64,000 bases of DNA from Vulcanimicrobiota bacterium (GTDB lineage Bacteria; Vulcanimicrobiota; Vulcanimicrobiia; Vulcanimicrobiales; Vulcanimicrobiaceae). The stretch covers positions 224,001 to 288,000 of the forward strand of contig CAWHWQ010000002.1 of NCBI GenBank assembly GCA_963833095.1, written 5' to 3'. Shown here one piece after another: positions 9,810-20,252 of the stretch. How positions within the stretch are numbered: position 1 is the stretch's first letter; each line of letters opens with the position of its first letter. The notes under the pieces were generated by a model. It had not been told where the DNA came from. It worked only from the letters and a program-made list of their open reading frames with translations, and ran no database searches. The position numbers were made by a program, and so were the translations under genes.

Positions 9810-12143
9810 TCATTGCACCGTTATCGGCGACGATGCTGAGATCACCCGCCCGTCGTCGCTGATCGTGAGAATCGAGAGGGTATAACGCCCGCGCGCGTTC
9901 GGCATCTGCACCGCAATCGACGAGCCGTCGAAGTGCGCCACATTCCACCACACGTCTTGCGTGTCGGCTTGCTCGAGCGAGAGATTTTGCGGCGGGCTCG
10001 AACGCCGCTCGAATCCGATCACCTGGGCATGCTCGCCGGTCGAATCGACCCACGGATGCCAGGTGCGGCCTTCGGGTGCGCTTATCTGCGTCGCTGCGAT
10101 TCCCACGGCAAGCAACGCCGGCGCCGACTCGAAGAGCGCGCCGCCCGACGGCGCACCGCGGCTAATGCGCACGATAGTCGTTCCCGCTCCCGGCGCAACG
10201 TCGCGCAGCGTTACGTTTACCGGCGCGCCGGGTGCAAACGTATCGGACGGCATCGCAATGCTCGCGCTCAGCGGACGGCCGGGCGCGTCGAGCACGAGCG
10301 GTACGCTGCTCCACGCAATCGCACCATTGCGCACAAAGGCAGCGCCCGCGCGCAGATCGCCCGGCGCATCACTAATCCGCAACGAGGCTGAGGCACGGCC
10401 GCCGCGCACCGGGACAACGACGTTTTGCGTTCCGCTAGCGCTCTCGATGGTGATCAACGCATCGCCCTGCGCGCCCTCGAGCGTCGCATCGATGTGGACG
10501 TCGGCACCAGAACGATACACGTTGCGGTCGAGGGTGATGCGCACGTCGGCGCTGCCATTGAGACTCGTATCCTGCGTCGCCTGCGAGACAATATCCACTT
10601 GACCAGCGTCGGTGGTTTCGCGGCCATCGCTTTGAATCGTGGCAAAGACCAGATTGGTGCCAAGCGACGGCGCCGTAAACGCACCGTGCGCGTGACCGTC
10701 GGCGTCGAGCGTCAGTTGTTGCTCTTGCGTTGAAGGGCCGTGTTCGAGTCGAACGCTCACGTGCGCGCCGGCGAGCGGCCGGCCATCGCCGATCTCCGCG
10801 CCGAAGACGTCGAAGTTGACCGGCGTGCCAAGGGTTTGCGCGCTGCGATCGAGCTGTAGGCGAACGGCCACCGGCGCCGTCGGCACGACAATCCGTGTCA
10901 CGGCGCTCGCGCCCCCTGACTCGACGCGCACGCCGTAGGTCGAGGGCAAACGGTCGGTCGGATGCGCGATCAACACCGTCGCGCGCCCATCGCCACCGGT
11001 TTGCACGGTTTGGTCGAGCCAAGGCGACGTGCCCCATGGAACATCCTGCGGAGAATATCCGATATACACGTGCGGCGAGCGCACGATTTTGACGTGCACC
11101 GGCACATTGCCACGCGATGAGGTAATCACGACCGGCACGTCGGCAGACGCATTGCACGGTCCGTCGCATCCGCTAGCTACCTCCAGTGAAAGGCCGCTCG
11201 CATCGGCGTCGACGTGCACATTGGCACCGCCCACACCGCCATCAACCTGCGCGAGCACCGTGTAGTCGCCCGCGGCGGCGCTGGCTGGAATCGGAATATC
11301 CGCGGTAAAGGCGCCGGCTGCGTCGACGGGCGCTTGCACTTGCGTAAGCAGTGTACCGCCGAGGCGCACCGAAATCGCCGCGCTTCCCGCGGCAGGTTTG
11401 AGCGCGCCGTTCACGCGCGAACGAGCGAAGCCGACGATGCGAACCGTCCCGCCCGCGTGGACCACCGCTGTGTCGGTGCGCACGCCCACGATGGCCGCCG
11501 GCAAGGGCGCTTGCGGCGGAAAACTCGCGAAAGCGTAACTGTTGGCCCATTGCGCGAGAGCAAAGACGGGTCGCGTCATGCGGGTCCAGCGCACGATTCC
11601 GTGCGCATCGGTATACCGCGCCTCGAATCCGTTTTGCACGACGAACTGCACGCGCATATGCGCGAGCGCATGACCGGTGCCAAGGTCCGTTGCATAGAGG
11701 AGCAGTTCCCCCGGTGTATCCTTCGTCAGCAGTCCGACACGCGTCCGATTGATCCACACCTGCTCGCCGACATCGCCGCGGCGCGCTTCAACGACAAAAA
11801 ATCCTTCGCGCGATCCGAGCTGCACGTCGACGCCGCTGGATTGAAATTGATAGCCGCCGGGCGGCGTGAAAGTGAACGTACTGACGGGCCGTCGGCCGCG
11901 TGTGTCTATCGCGCGCGCTCGCGCGTTCGAACCCGCGGTCAGCACATCCGCCGGATCGACCTGATACACGGCAAATTGCACCGGCGCGCTGGAATACGTG
12001 TCGAGGCGTACCGTTGTCGCTTGCCACGGCACGTTTGAGTCGCTCGCGAAGAGGGCAAAGTAAGCGTCGAGTTTATGAAGATCGACAATTGGGCGCGCAG
12101 CGGAGGCGGGGGCTGCAAGCAACGCAAGCGCCAGCAGCACCAT
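9810..12143 (-). CDS. secreted alpha-2-macroglobulin-like MG-domain protein without thioester domain
   Basis: Signal MVLLALALLAAPASA; repeated MG-like motifs (TDAHGIVRW, VRTDTAVVHAGGTVRI, LDRNVYRSGADV); no CxEQ. Confidence 0.7.
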   Translation of the reverse strand: MVLLALALLAAPASAARPIVDLHKLDAYFALFASDSNVPWQATTVRLDTYSSAPVQFAVYQVDPADVLTAGSNARARAIDTRGRRPVSTFTFTPPGGYQFQSSGVDVQLGSREGFFVVEARRGDVGEQVWINRTRVGLLTKDTPGELLLYATDLGTGHALAHMRVQFVVQNGFEARYTDAHGIVRWTRMTRPVFALAQWANSYAFASFPPQAPLPAAIVGVRTDTAVVHAGGTVRIVGFARSRVNGALKPAAGSAAISVRLGGTLLTQVQAPVDAAGAFTADIPIPASAAAGDYTVLAQVDGGVGGANVHVDADASGLSLEVASGCDGPCNASADVPVVITSSRGNVPVHVKIVRSPHVYIGYSPQDVPWGTSPWLDQTVQTGGDGRATVLIAHPTDRLPSTYGVRVESGGASAVTRIVVPTAPVAVRLQLDRSAQTLGTPVNFDVFGAEIGDGRPLAGAHVSVRLEHGPSTQEQQLTLDADGHAHGAFTAPSLGTNLVFATIQSDGRETTDAGQVDIVSQATQDTSLNGSADVRITLDRNVYRSGADVHIDATLEGAQGDALITIESASGTQNVVVPVRGGRASASLRISDAPGDLRAGAAFVRNGAIAWSSVPLVLDAPGRPLSASIAMPSDTFAPGAPVNVTLRDVAPGAGTTIVRISRGAPSGGALFESAPALLAVGIAATQISAPEGRTWHPWVDSTGEHAQVIGFERRSSPPQNLSLEQADTQDVWWNVAHFDGSSIAVQMPNARGRYTLSILTISDDGRVISASSPITVQ

Positions 12144-12247
12144 CAAGGACACACGAATTCGAAGCACGTCGAAGGTAGGGTTTCGCGGCATCCCGGGAAC
12201 GGTCCCACGGGAAGGTCGGCTCCCCCGTGCCGCGTAAACCGGCAATC

Positions 12248-12415
12248 GTGAACCAGTCCGATTCCGCCGGGAACTCCCTCTCGACGCGTTGCCGTTACTG
12301 CGGGTGTGAAGACACCACCGAGAAAGCGCCGGATCCTTCCGAGCGCCGCCACCTGCAAGTCATCGTCGCATGCGGCTCTTGCGGGCGACCGTTCACCGTC
12401 CTTTCGGCGAATTAA
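12248..12415 (+). CDS. small zinc-ribbon protein
   Basis: GTG start; CRYCG....CGSCGRPF; stop 1 nt before next ATG. Confidence 0.6.
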   Translation: MNQSDSAGNSLSTRCRYCGCEDTTEKAPDPSERRHLQVIVACGSCGRPFTVLSAN

Positions 12416-12416
12416 T

Positions 12417-12947
12417 ATGCGTACCGTTGCTCTCACGCTCGCACTTATCAGCGTCGCGCTTCCGGTTGCCGCTGCAACGCCAAAGCCGAAGGCGACGGCC
12501 GCGCCGGTGCGCGTCGTTCCTCATGCGCCCACCTTTCCCGAGCACGCCGAATTCCTGGTTGAAGTCAACGCCAAAGGGCAAGTCGTGCGCGTGAAATCAG
12601 CAAAGGGTATGGGCGATAAAGATCCGCTCTTCAACGCACATACCTATGGCAACGTGCTGCAGATGTGGATTCGCCACCCCGACGGGAGCGCCGAAGTGGG
12701 GCTCTATCGCGTGACCTTCGACTACGACCCGCACACTAAGCAAATCAGCCGCCACCAATTCCTGGTACAGCCGGGCGGCGATTGGGGCAACGAGAAGGGT
12801 GCAGCCGATGTCATGATGGAGACGGCGGAACGCGAGGCTCGCGAGCAAAAGGCAGCGCAGCAAGAAAAGCAGCAGTCACAGAACAAGAACTTGCCGCCGC
12901 TGAACACCATCGTTGGCCCGACGTCGGCGCCGTCCAACCGCCCTTAA
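12417..12947 (+). CDS. secreted hypothetical protein (TonB C-terminal-like segment)
   Basis: MRTVALTLALISVALPVAAA signal; FLVEVNAKGQVVRVK. Confidence 0.7.
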   Translation: MRTVALTLALISVALPVAAATPKPKATAAPVRVVPHAPTFPEHAEFLVEVNAKGQVVRVKSAKGMGDKDPLFNAHTYGNVLQMWIRHPDGSAEVGLYRVTFDYDPHTKQISRHQFLVQPGGDWGNEKGAADVMMETAEREAREQKAAQQEKQQSQNKNLPPLNTIVGPTSAPSNRP

Positions 12948-13131
12948 GCCGGCGCTCCCGCGCGAGTTCACGCTCGATCCGGTAGCGGATCGTGAGCGTA
13001 GTTGCACCTCCAAAGATGCGTACCCGACCGAAGAGCACGCGCGCGCCTTCATGCTAATGAACGGCGTCTCACTCACGGTTTATCCCTGTCGCTACTGCGA
13101 GCTATGGCATCTTTCAAGCCGGCGCGACTAG
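12913..13131 (+). CDS. small Cys/His protein (CxxKxxY...YxCxxCxxWHL)
   Basis: CTSKDAYPTEEHA..VYPCRYCELWHLSS, a probable zinc-binding motif; start uncertain. Confidence 0.6.
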   Translation: MARRRRRPTALKPALPREFTLDPVADRERSCTSKDAYPTEEHARAFMLMNGVSLTVYPCRYCELWHLSSRRD

Positions 13132-13799
13132 CACTTACCGGCACCGCGATCAACGTCGCCTTCTTTGCACTCGTGCTTTTTGTCCCCGCCTGGACGCTGG
13201 ATTGGTGGCGCGCATGGGTGATCATCGCAATCGTCGCCGCCGGAACGGCCGGTAGCACGATCGACCTTGCCCGCGCCGACACCGGCCTCATCGAAGAACG
13301 CTTTCAATCGCCGGTGCAAGAATCGCAACCGCTCGGCGACAAGATCGTTTTGATCGCTCTGCTGCTGTCGTTTTTCGGATATCTCATCTTCACGTCGCTC
13401 GATGCGATGCGGTTGCATTTGCTACCACCGCCGCCGGGGTGGCTGTCGTTCGCCGGGCTGCTGGCGACCATCGGCGGCTGGTCGATCGCCTGGCGCGCGC
13501 TGCGCGAGAACGCCTTTGCCGCGCCGGTCGTCAAGCTTCAAGAAAACCGTCGGCAACATGTGATCGACACGGGTCTGTATCGGTACGTTCGACACCCGCT
13601 TTACGCAGGCGGCGCCCTGCTCATCGTCGGCATTCCGCTGTGGCTGCAGTCGACCGCGGGAATGCTCTTGGCGTTCGTACCTGTTGCAGTACTGATCGTT
13701 CGCATTCTCCTCGAAGAGCGCTTTTTACAGCGAGAATTGGATGGATACGATGCGTACACCGGACGGGTCCGCTACCGACTCATTCCACTGATTTGGTGA
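13104..13799 (+). CDS. isoprenylcysteine carboxylmethyltransferase-family membrane protein
   Basis: Several TM segments; ENAFA..V, VIDTGLYRYVRHPLY, RILLEERFL, Y..RVRYRLIP. Confidence 0.9.
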   Translation: MASFKPARLALTGTAINVAFFALVLFVPAWTLDWWRAWVIIAIVAAGTAGSTIDLARADTGLIEERFQSPVQESQPLGDKIVLIALLLSFFGYLIFTSLDAMRLHLLPPPPGWLSFAGLLATIGGWSIAWRALRENAFAAPVVKLQENRRQHVIDTGLYRYVRHPLYAGGALLIVGIPLWLQSTAGMLLAFVPVAVLIVRILLEERFLQRELDGYDAYTGRVRYRLIPLIW

Positions 13800-13823
13800 A
13801 CCGGGCATGCTACACTAGCCCGT

Positions 13824-14672
13824 ATGAAATTCGTCAGCTACATCACCAGTGACGGAAACGCGGCACCCGGTCTGGTCGAAGGCGGATCGATTCGGCGGAT
13901 CGACGCGCCATCGATGCAGGCATACATCGCGCTTCCCGCAGCGCAGCGCGCTGCCCGCCACAGCAAAGAGACCGTAGCCCTTGCCGACGTCCGCCTCGAC
14001 GCCCCCGTGCGTCCACTGCGCAACGTGTTCTGCGTCGGCCGCAACTATCTCGAGCACGCTAAAGAGGGTGCCGCGATCTTCGGCAAAGAGCTCAAGCTTC
14101 CCGACGTGCCGACCTTCTTCACCAAAGCGCGCCGACCGCGATCGCCGCTCGCGGAGCAGACGCTTCATTTTCAAGCCGACGTTTCGATGAATATGATTTT
14201 GAAGCCGAGCTTGCCGTCGTTATCGGCACCACGTGCAAAAACGTGCGTGAAGCCGACGCCATGAGTGTATTTTGGCTATACGGCGCTTAACGATGTCACC
14301 GCGCGCGATCTCCAGCGCGCGCATCTGCAGTGGTTCAAAGGAAAGAGTCTGGACGAATGCGCTGCCCGATACGGTCCCTGGATCGTTTCGCGCCGATGAA
14401 ATCGGCGACCCCAGCAAGCTTGAGATCATGTTTCGCTTAACGGCGTCGAAAAACAACACAGCAACACGGCCAAGATGATCTTCAACATCCCGCGCTTGAT
14501 CGCCGAACTCTCCAAAGGCATGACGCTCTTGCCGGGCGACGTCATTGCAACCGGAACGCCTGAAGGCGTCGGATTTGCGCGCACGCCGCCAGAGTTCCTC
14601 AAGAACGGCGACGTGATGGAGGTCGAGATCGAAAAGATCGGCACACTGCGCAATACCGTGTCGATCGCCTGA
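13824..14672 (+). CDS. fumarylacetoacetate hydrolase family protein (frameshifted)
   Basis: [46 protein letters not shown] spread over several frames. Confidence 0.9.
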
Positions 14673-14718
14673 GCGCGAGCGCAGGGTTGCGCAATCCGGC
14701 ACGTGAACGCTAGCGCCC

Positions 14719-15838
14719 ATGATCGTCGCCATACCCCGTGAGGCCGCTTCGAAGGAGCGTCGCGTTGCGCTCGTTCCTGAAACGGTAAAAAAACTGATAC
14801 AGGCGCGGGGGTCCGTGCGCGTGCAGCGCGGCGCCGGGACCGCCGCCGCCTTTCCCGATGAACTCTACACGCAGGCCGGAGCGTCGATCGCCGACGATCC
14901 GGCTGCGCTCATTTCCGACGCCGATGTCGTCGTAACGGTGGGCAAGCCTGCGCAGAGCGTGCTCGCCGCAATGCGCAAAAACGCGACGCTGGTCGGTTTC
15001 TTCAATCCGCTCGGCGATCCCGCGTACGTTGCGAGAGCTTGCGCAGGCCGGCGTGACGGCGCTTGCGATGGAGATGATTCCGCGCATCACCCGCGCGCAA
15101 TCGATGGATGCGCTCTCGTCGCAAAGCAACATCGCCGGCTATAAAGCGGTGCTTATCGCGGCAGCGCACGCTGCCGAAGTTTTTTCCGATGCTCACGACT
15201 GCCGCCGGAACGATTCCGCCGGCGGAGGTGCTGGTGCTCGGCGCCGGCGTCGCGGGACTGCAAGCCATCGCGACCGCGCGCCGTTTGGGCGCGGTGGTCA
15301 GCGGCTACGACGTGCGCGCGGCGGTAAAAGAGCAAGTGCAGTCGCTCGGTGCGACGTTCCTGGAATTCGATCTCGGCGAAACGCCGAAGGCGCCGGCGGT
15401 TATGCAAAAGAGCTGACGCCCGAGCAACAAGAGCGCCAACGCGCCTGGATGGTCGAGCAGATCGGCAAGAACGACGTCGTGATCACGACCGCGCTCGTTC
15501 CGGGCCGCAAAGCGCCGCTGCTCGTAAGTGAAGCCGCTGTCGCGGCGATGAAGCCGGGCCGCGTGATCGTCGATCTTGCCGCCGAAGCCGGCGGAAACTG
15601 TGCGCTCACAAAGCGCGGTGAAACGTCGTCTCACCCAACGGCGTGAGCATCATCGGTGCGACCAACCTGCCGTCAACGATGCCGCACGATGCAAGCCAGC
15701 TGTACTCGCGCAACGTCTACGCGTTGCTCTCGCCGTTGATTAACGACGGAGCGCTCACGCTCGATATGAACGACGAGATCGATCAAAGGCGCATGCATCG
15801 CGCGCGACGGCGCACGTACTGATCGGAGGAGCGCCTGA
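14719..15838 (+). CDS. pntAa: NAD(P) transhydrogenase alpha subunit part 1 (domain I), frameshifted
   Basis: [60 protein letters not shown]. Confidence 0.92.
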
Positions 15839-16153
15839 GTGACCGACATCAACCACTTGCTCGAGCTGCTGACGGTTTTGGTGCTCGCGGTCTTCGTCGG
15901 CTTCGAAGTGATCTCGAAAGTGCCGACGACGCTGCACACGCCGCTGATGTCGGCGACCAACGCGATCCACGGCATCGTCGTTGCCGGCGCGATCGTGCGA
16001 TCGTGTCGCTCTTCAGCAGTGGCGGCGCCGGCACCGGTACTGACGATCGTGGCGACCGTGGCGGTGACGCTCGGCGCGATCAACGTCTTCGGCGGATTCG
16101 CCGTCACCGAACGAATGCTGCAAATGTTCAGCGGTAAGGGAGGCAGCAAGTGA
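15839..16153 (+). CDS. pntAb: NAD(P) transhydrogenase alpha subunit part 2
   Basis: VPTTLHTPLMSATNAIHG, INVFGGFAVTERMLQMF. Confidence 0.93.
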   Translation: MTDINHLLELLTVLVLAVFVGFEVISKVPTTLHTPLMSATNAIHGIVVAGAIVRSCRSSAVAAPAPVLTIVATVAVTLGAINVFGGFAVTERMLQMFSGKGGSK

Positions 16154-17556
16154 CCATCGCATCGCCATCTGCTCGATCTCGTCGCGATCGCGCTCTTCAT
16201 CCTCGGCCTGCACTTTCTCAACTCGCCGCCGACGGCGCGCCGCGGCAACCGCCTCGCGATGGTCGGCATGGTCATCGCGCTCGTTGTGGTCCTGGTGCAG
16301 ACCCTCGGCGTCGGCTGGTGGGCGATCGTGATCGGCATCGTGGTCGGCGGCGCGATCGGCGTCTTCGCGGCGCTCCATGTGAAGATGACCGCGATGCCGC
16401 AGATGGTCGCGCTCTACAACGGCGCGGGCGGCGGCGCGGCGGCGCTGATCGGCGTCGTGGAATACGTCGTGTTCAAGCGCAATGGCGGCGCCGCACTGGA
16501 TCCGGTCATCTCGGTTTCGCTGGTGCTCTCGGCGATCATCGGTGCGATCAGCTTCGCCGGTTCGATCATCGCGTTTCTCAAACTGCAAGAGCTGATGACC
16601 GGACGCCCGATCACCTATCCGGGGCAGCAAATCGTCAATGCACTCGTAGCGCTCGGCATCGTCGTGCTTGGCGGTATGGTTCATCGTCAAGCGCGGGCAC
16701 GCTGCCGATGTGGGGCTTCTTCCTCTTGCTCGCGGCCGCACTTGCATTCGGCGTGCTTTTCGTGCTGCCGATCGGCGGCGCGGATATGCCGGTCGTCATT
16801 TCGCTGCTCAACTCGTTCACCGGTCTCGCCGTCGCGATCGCGGGCTTCGAGACTCAATTCGCACGCTGCTGATCATCTGCGGCGCGCTCGTCGGCGCGAG
16901 CGGTACGCTGCTCACCGTCGTCATGGGCAAAGCGATGAACCGTCCGCTCACCAACGTGCTCTTCGGCGCGTTCGGCTCGGCCGGCGGCAGCGAACCAGCC
17001 GCGGCGGCGGGCGGCGCGCCGCAGAACGTCCGCAGCGCCAGCGCCGACGACGTCGCCGTGATGCTTGCGTATGCGCAGAAAGTGATCTTCGTTCCGGGCT
17101 ACGGCATGGCGGTCGCGCAGGCGCAGCACAGCGTCAAAGCGCTGGCGGATCAATTGGAAAAGCGCGGCGTCAAGGTCGTCTACGCGATTCATCCCGTTGC
17201 CGGACGCATGCCCGGCCACATGAACGTGCTGCTCGCCGAAGCCAACGTGCCGTACGACGCAGCTGCTCGACATGGAAGAGGTCAACCCCGAGTTTCCGAC
17301 AACCGACGTCGCGCTGGTCATCGGCGCGAACGACGTCACCAATCCCGCCGCGCGTAACGTGAAAAGTTCGCCGATCTACGGCATGCCGATTCTCGACGTC
17401 GACAAGGCCCACAACGTCATCGTCCTCAAACGCTCGATGCGCTCGGGCTTTGCCGGCATCGACAACCCACTCTACGAGATGCCCAATACCTCGATGCTCT
17501 TCGGCGACGCCAAAGCATCGGTCGATGCGCTCACCGCTGCGGTCAAAGCCTTGTGA
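16150..17556 (+). CDS. pntB: NAD(P) transhydrogenase beta subunit, frameshifted
   Basis: [63 protein letters not shown]. Confidence 0.93.
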
Positions 17557-17924
17557 TGGCGACGAAGCGCCGCCACATCGGGACCGGGAGCGTGTGGGAG
17601 GCGCGGGTCGGTTACGCGCGAGCGGTACGAATCGGCGACTTCGTGTTCGTTTCGGGAACGACCAGCGACGGCCCCGATGCCTACATGCAAGCCAAGGGCG
17701 CAATTGCGCGGATCGAGCGCGCGCTCGAAGAGGCCGGTGCCTCGCTCGACGACGTCGTGCGCACGCGCATGTTCGTGGTCGACATCGAGGATTGGGAATC
17801 GATCGCCAAGGCGCATCATGAAGCTTTCGCCGACGTGCGGCCGGCCGCAACGATGGTCGAAGTACGGCGGCTCATATCGCCCGAACTGTTGGTTGAAATC
17901 GAGGTCGACGCGTACATCGGTTAA
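17556..17924 (+). CDS. RidA/YjgF family protein
   Basis: WEARVGYARAV, DVVRTRMFV, RPAATMVEV, LVEIEVDA. Confidence 0.92.
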   Translation: MATKRRHIGTGSVWEARVGYARAVRIGDFVFVSGTTSDGPDAYMQAKGAIARIERALEEAGASLDDVVRTRMFVVDIEDWESIAKAHHEAFADVRPAATMVEVRRLISPELLVEIEVDAYIG

Positions 17925-17933
17925 CCCAACCCT

Positions 17934-18752
17934 ATGTCTCTCAAACTGCATCGCTACCTCCGACGCATCAACTACGGCGGGCCGCTCTCACCGACACGCC
18001 AGACGCTGCACAATCTCCATCGTGCGCACCTGCTGGCGATACCGTTCGAGAACATCGACATACAACTCGGCCTGGTACCGTCCCTCGAGCCGGGCGACAT
18101 TTTTGAAAAGCTCGTCGTCCGCGAGCGCGGCGGCTGGTGCTTTGAACATAATTTGCTTTTCGCATGGGTGGTCAAACAAATCGGGCTGCGCGTGGATCTG
18201 ATCGGCGCGACCGTCAACCGCAGCCGCCATGTCGAAGGCGCACCGATCAATCATCTCGCGCTACTCGTGCACTTGGACGAACCATATCTCGCCGACGTCG
18301 GCTTCGGCAACGGATTCCTCGTGCCGACACCGCTTCGCGAGGGTACGTTCAACGATGGGCGATTCGACTTCAAGCTGACGTGCCACGGAAATTACTGGCG
18401 CTTCTACAATCACCGCGAAAACGGCGCGACCTACGACTTCACGGGCGAGACGGTGGATCTCGCGACAATCGATGCTGCAAACCGCAGCCTCGCCACCACC
18501 AGCGAATCCCCGTTCGTTCAGACACTCGTCTGCGCGCAGCTCACCGAAAATGGGATGACGACACTCACCAACGCGGCTTTACGCCTGTATTCGCCCGCCC
18601 ACATGAATGAGGAATCGGCATCATCCCATCCAGCCTTCGAGCGTATCCTGCGCGAGCACTTTTCACTTACCATCGACCGCAGCGAGGCGCTGTGGACGCG
18701 CGTCGCCGATCAGCACAAACGATGGCTGCGCAAGCGTATCCGCGGCTTCTAG
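17934..18752 (+). CDS. arylamine N-acetyltransferase
   Basis: HLLAIPFENIDI, RGGWCFEHN (catalytic Cys), HLALLV..YLADVGFG. Confidence 0.93.
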   Translation: MSLKLHRYLRRINYGGPLSPTRQTLHNLHRAHLLAIPFENIDIQLGLVPSLEPGDIFEKLVVRERGGWCFEHNLLFAWVVKQIGLRVDLIGATVNRSRHVEGAPINHLALLVHLDEPYLADVGFGNGFLVPTPLREGTFNDGRFDFKLTCHGNYWRFYNHRENGATYDFTGETVDLATIDAANRSLATTSESPFVQTLVCAQLTENGMTTLTNAALRLYSPAHMNEESASSHPAFERILREHFSLTIDRSEALWTRVADQHKRWLRKRIRGF

Positions 18753-20252
18753 TTATTTCGCCGGTGCGATGATGTCGAGCAGCCCCAGATGGGAGCCGTC
18801 CTTTGAGGAAAACCACACCCAGGTATCGTCGAGATAATCCGAATGGATGAGCGGATGAAGGAGCGAGGCGCGCCGGTTTCCTTTTTCGTTGCGGCAGATA
18901 TCCTTGTAGGAGCGAATCTCGTTGCAGATCGGATCTTGAAAGTACCAGTAGTTCACCCAGAAGATCGGCGAACCGGCCTTCTTGGTGAGCACCGACTTGT
19001 CATCGCTGAAGATTTTGTCGAACGCCTTTCCCCGCCACTCTTCATAAGACACCGACGGCATCGTGCCGGCCACATTGAAGAAATAGCGCGTCTTTTCTAG
19101 CGACGAGCCGAGCATCGCAAAGGCGCGAACCAGCGCGAATTGCTCGGCCTCGAGCGCACCTTGCTCGCAGGCCTGCTTGAGCCGCGTAATTGCATCGGTA
19201 GCGATCGTTCCGCCTAGACTGTGCGAGAGCACGATGACCCGATCGTAGTCGTACCCACCGTTGCGCGCCGGCGTGACTGCGCGCATGATCGCGGTGACAG
19301 CGGTATCCATAATGGCATCGCGCATACCGTAGAACTTGGAGTCGTTCTCATCCCGCTCGGTGTAGATTTGGACGTCACCGAAGAATCCGACGATGAAATC
19401 GATGAGGAGCGCGTACCCGATTTGAAAGGCGAGGAAGATTCCAACCAGCAGCGCGACGCCAAACCAGCCCATCGAGCCCTTCGGAAATTTCGCAACCGCC
19501 ATCGCAAAGATCAACAGGCCACCGACGACCACGAGGATGCCGACAGCCAGCGCCCGATGCCAGATCGCCGCCGGATTGTCCAGCAGCGACTTACGCTGGA
19601 CCCATGTTTTGACGATCGCGGCGACCGCTTGGCCGACCAGAAACGCGCCGACGATACCGACCAGCAGCCAGACAACGATCTTGATGCGCGCGCCGCCCGG
19701 CGCCGATGCGTTTGCATTGAGCACCGTGATCGCTTCGCCTACGCTCGAATGCGTCATCAAGCCGGTGATGGTCAAAACCTGAATCGACGTGAGCCACACG
19801 GCGGTAATCGAAATGGCAAACAGGGCGAACGCGATGACCAAGGCACCGCCGATAAAGCCATAGTCGAAGAATTGCTTCCGAAAGGGCGCCTCGATGCGAG
19901 CCGTGGTATTGAACGGCGCAAACACGGAATTGAGAATCCACATCAATACCAAGAACCAATTGGTCGCGCCTTTGTCGATTGGACTCCAGTACGCCTCGAT
20001 CACGTCATAGAAGGTCTGCTTCGGCTTCAGGTAGTCGTCGCCGGCACGAAGGACGCGCGTCGTTGTTGGAAGCGGATCATCTTGCCCCGGTTCGAGCACG
20101 CCGCGTGGATTGATAACGCTCAGCTCCCAAGTAGGGCCGCCGTCGCGCTGGTTGAGGCGGGCGCACAAGTCGCCCGCGACTTGATCTTGGAACTCGTAGC
20201 GCGGGTGCGAGGCCACGCCATGCACCGCTACGATAGCTACCCGTTCACTCAT
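18753..20252 (-). CDS. membrane-embedded alpha/beta-hydrolase-like protein
   Basis: VAVHGV, several TM helices, VLSHSLGG nucleophile elbow, WVNYWYFQDPI, IHSDY; ATGA overlap with upstream gene. Confidence 0.7.
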   Translation of the reverse strand: MSERVAIVAVHGVASHPRYEFQDQVAGDLCARLNQRDGGPTWELSVINPRGVLEPGQDDPLPTTTRVLRAGDDYLKPKQTFYDVIEAYWSPIDKGATNWFLVLMWILNSVFAPFNTTARIEAPFRKQFFDYGFIGGALVIAFALFAISITAVWLTSIQVLTITGLMTHSSVGEAITVLNANASAPGGARIKIVVWLLVGIVGAFLVGQAVAAIVKTWVQRKSLLDNPAAIWHRALAVGILVVVGGLLIFAMAVAKFPKGSMGWFGVALLVGIFLAFQIGYALLIDFIVGFFGDVQIYTERDENDSKFYGMRDAIMDTAVTAIMRAVTPARNGGYDYDRVIVLSHSLGGTIATDAITRLKQACEQGALEAEQFALVRAFAMLGSSLEKTRYFFNVAGTMPSVSYEEWRGKAFDKIFSDDKSVLTKKAGSPIFWVNYWYFQDPICNEIRSYKDICRNEKGNRRASLLHPLIHSDYLDDTWVWFSSKDGSHLGLLDIIAPAK

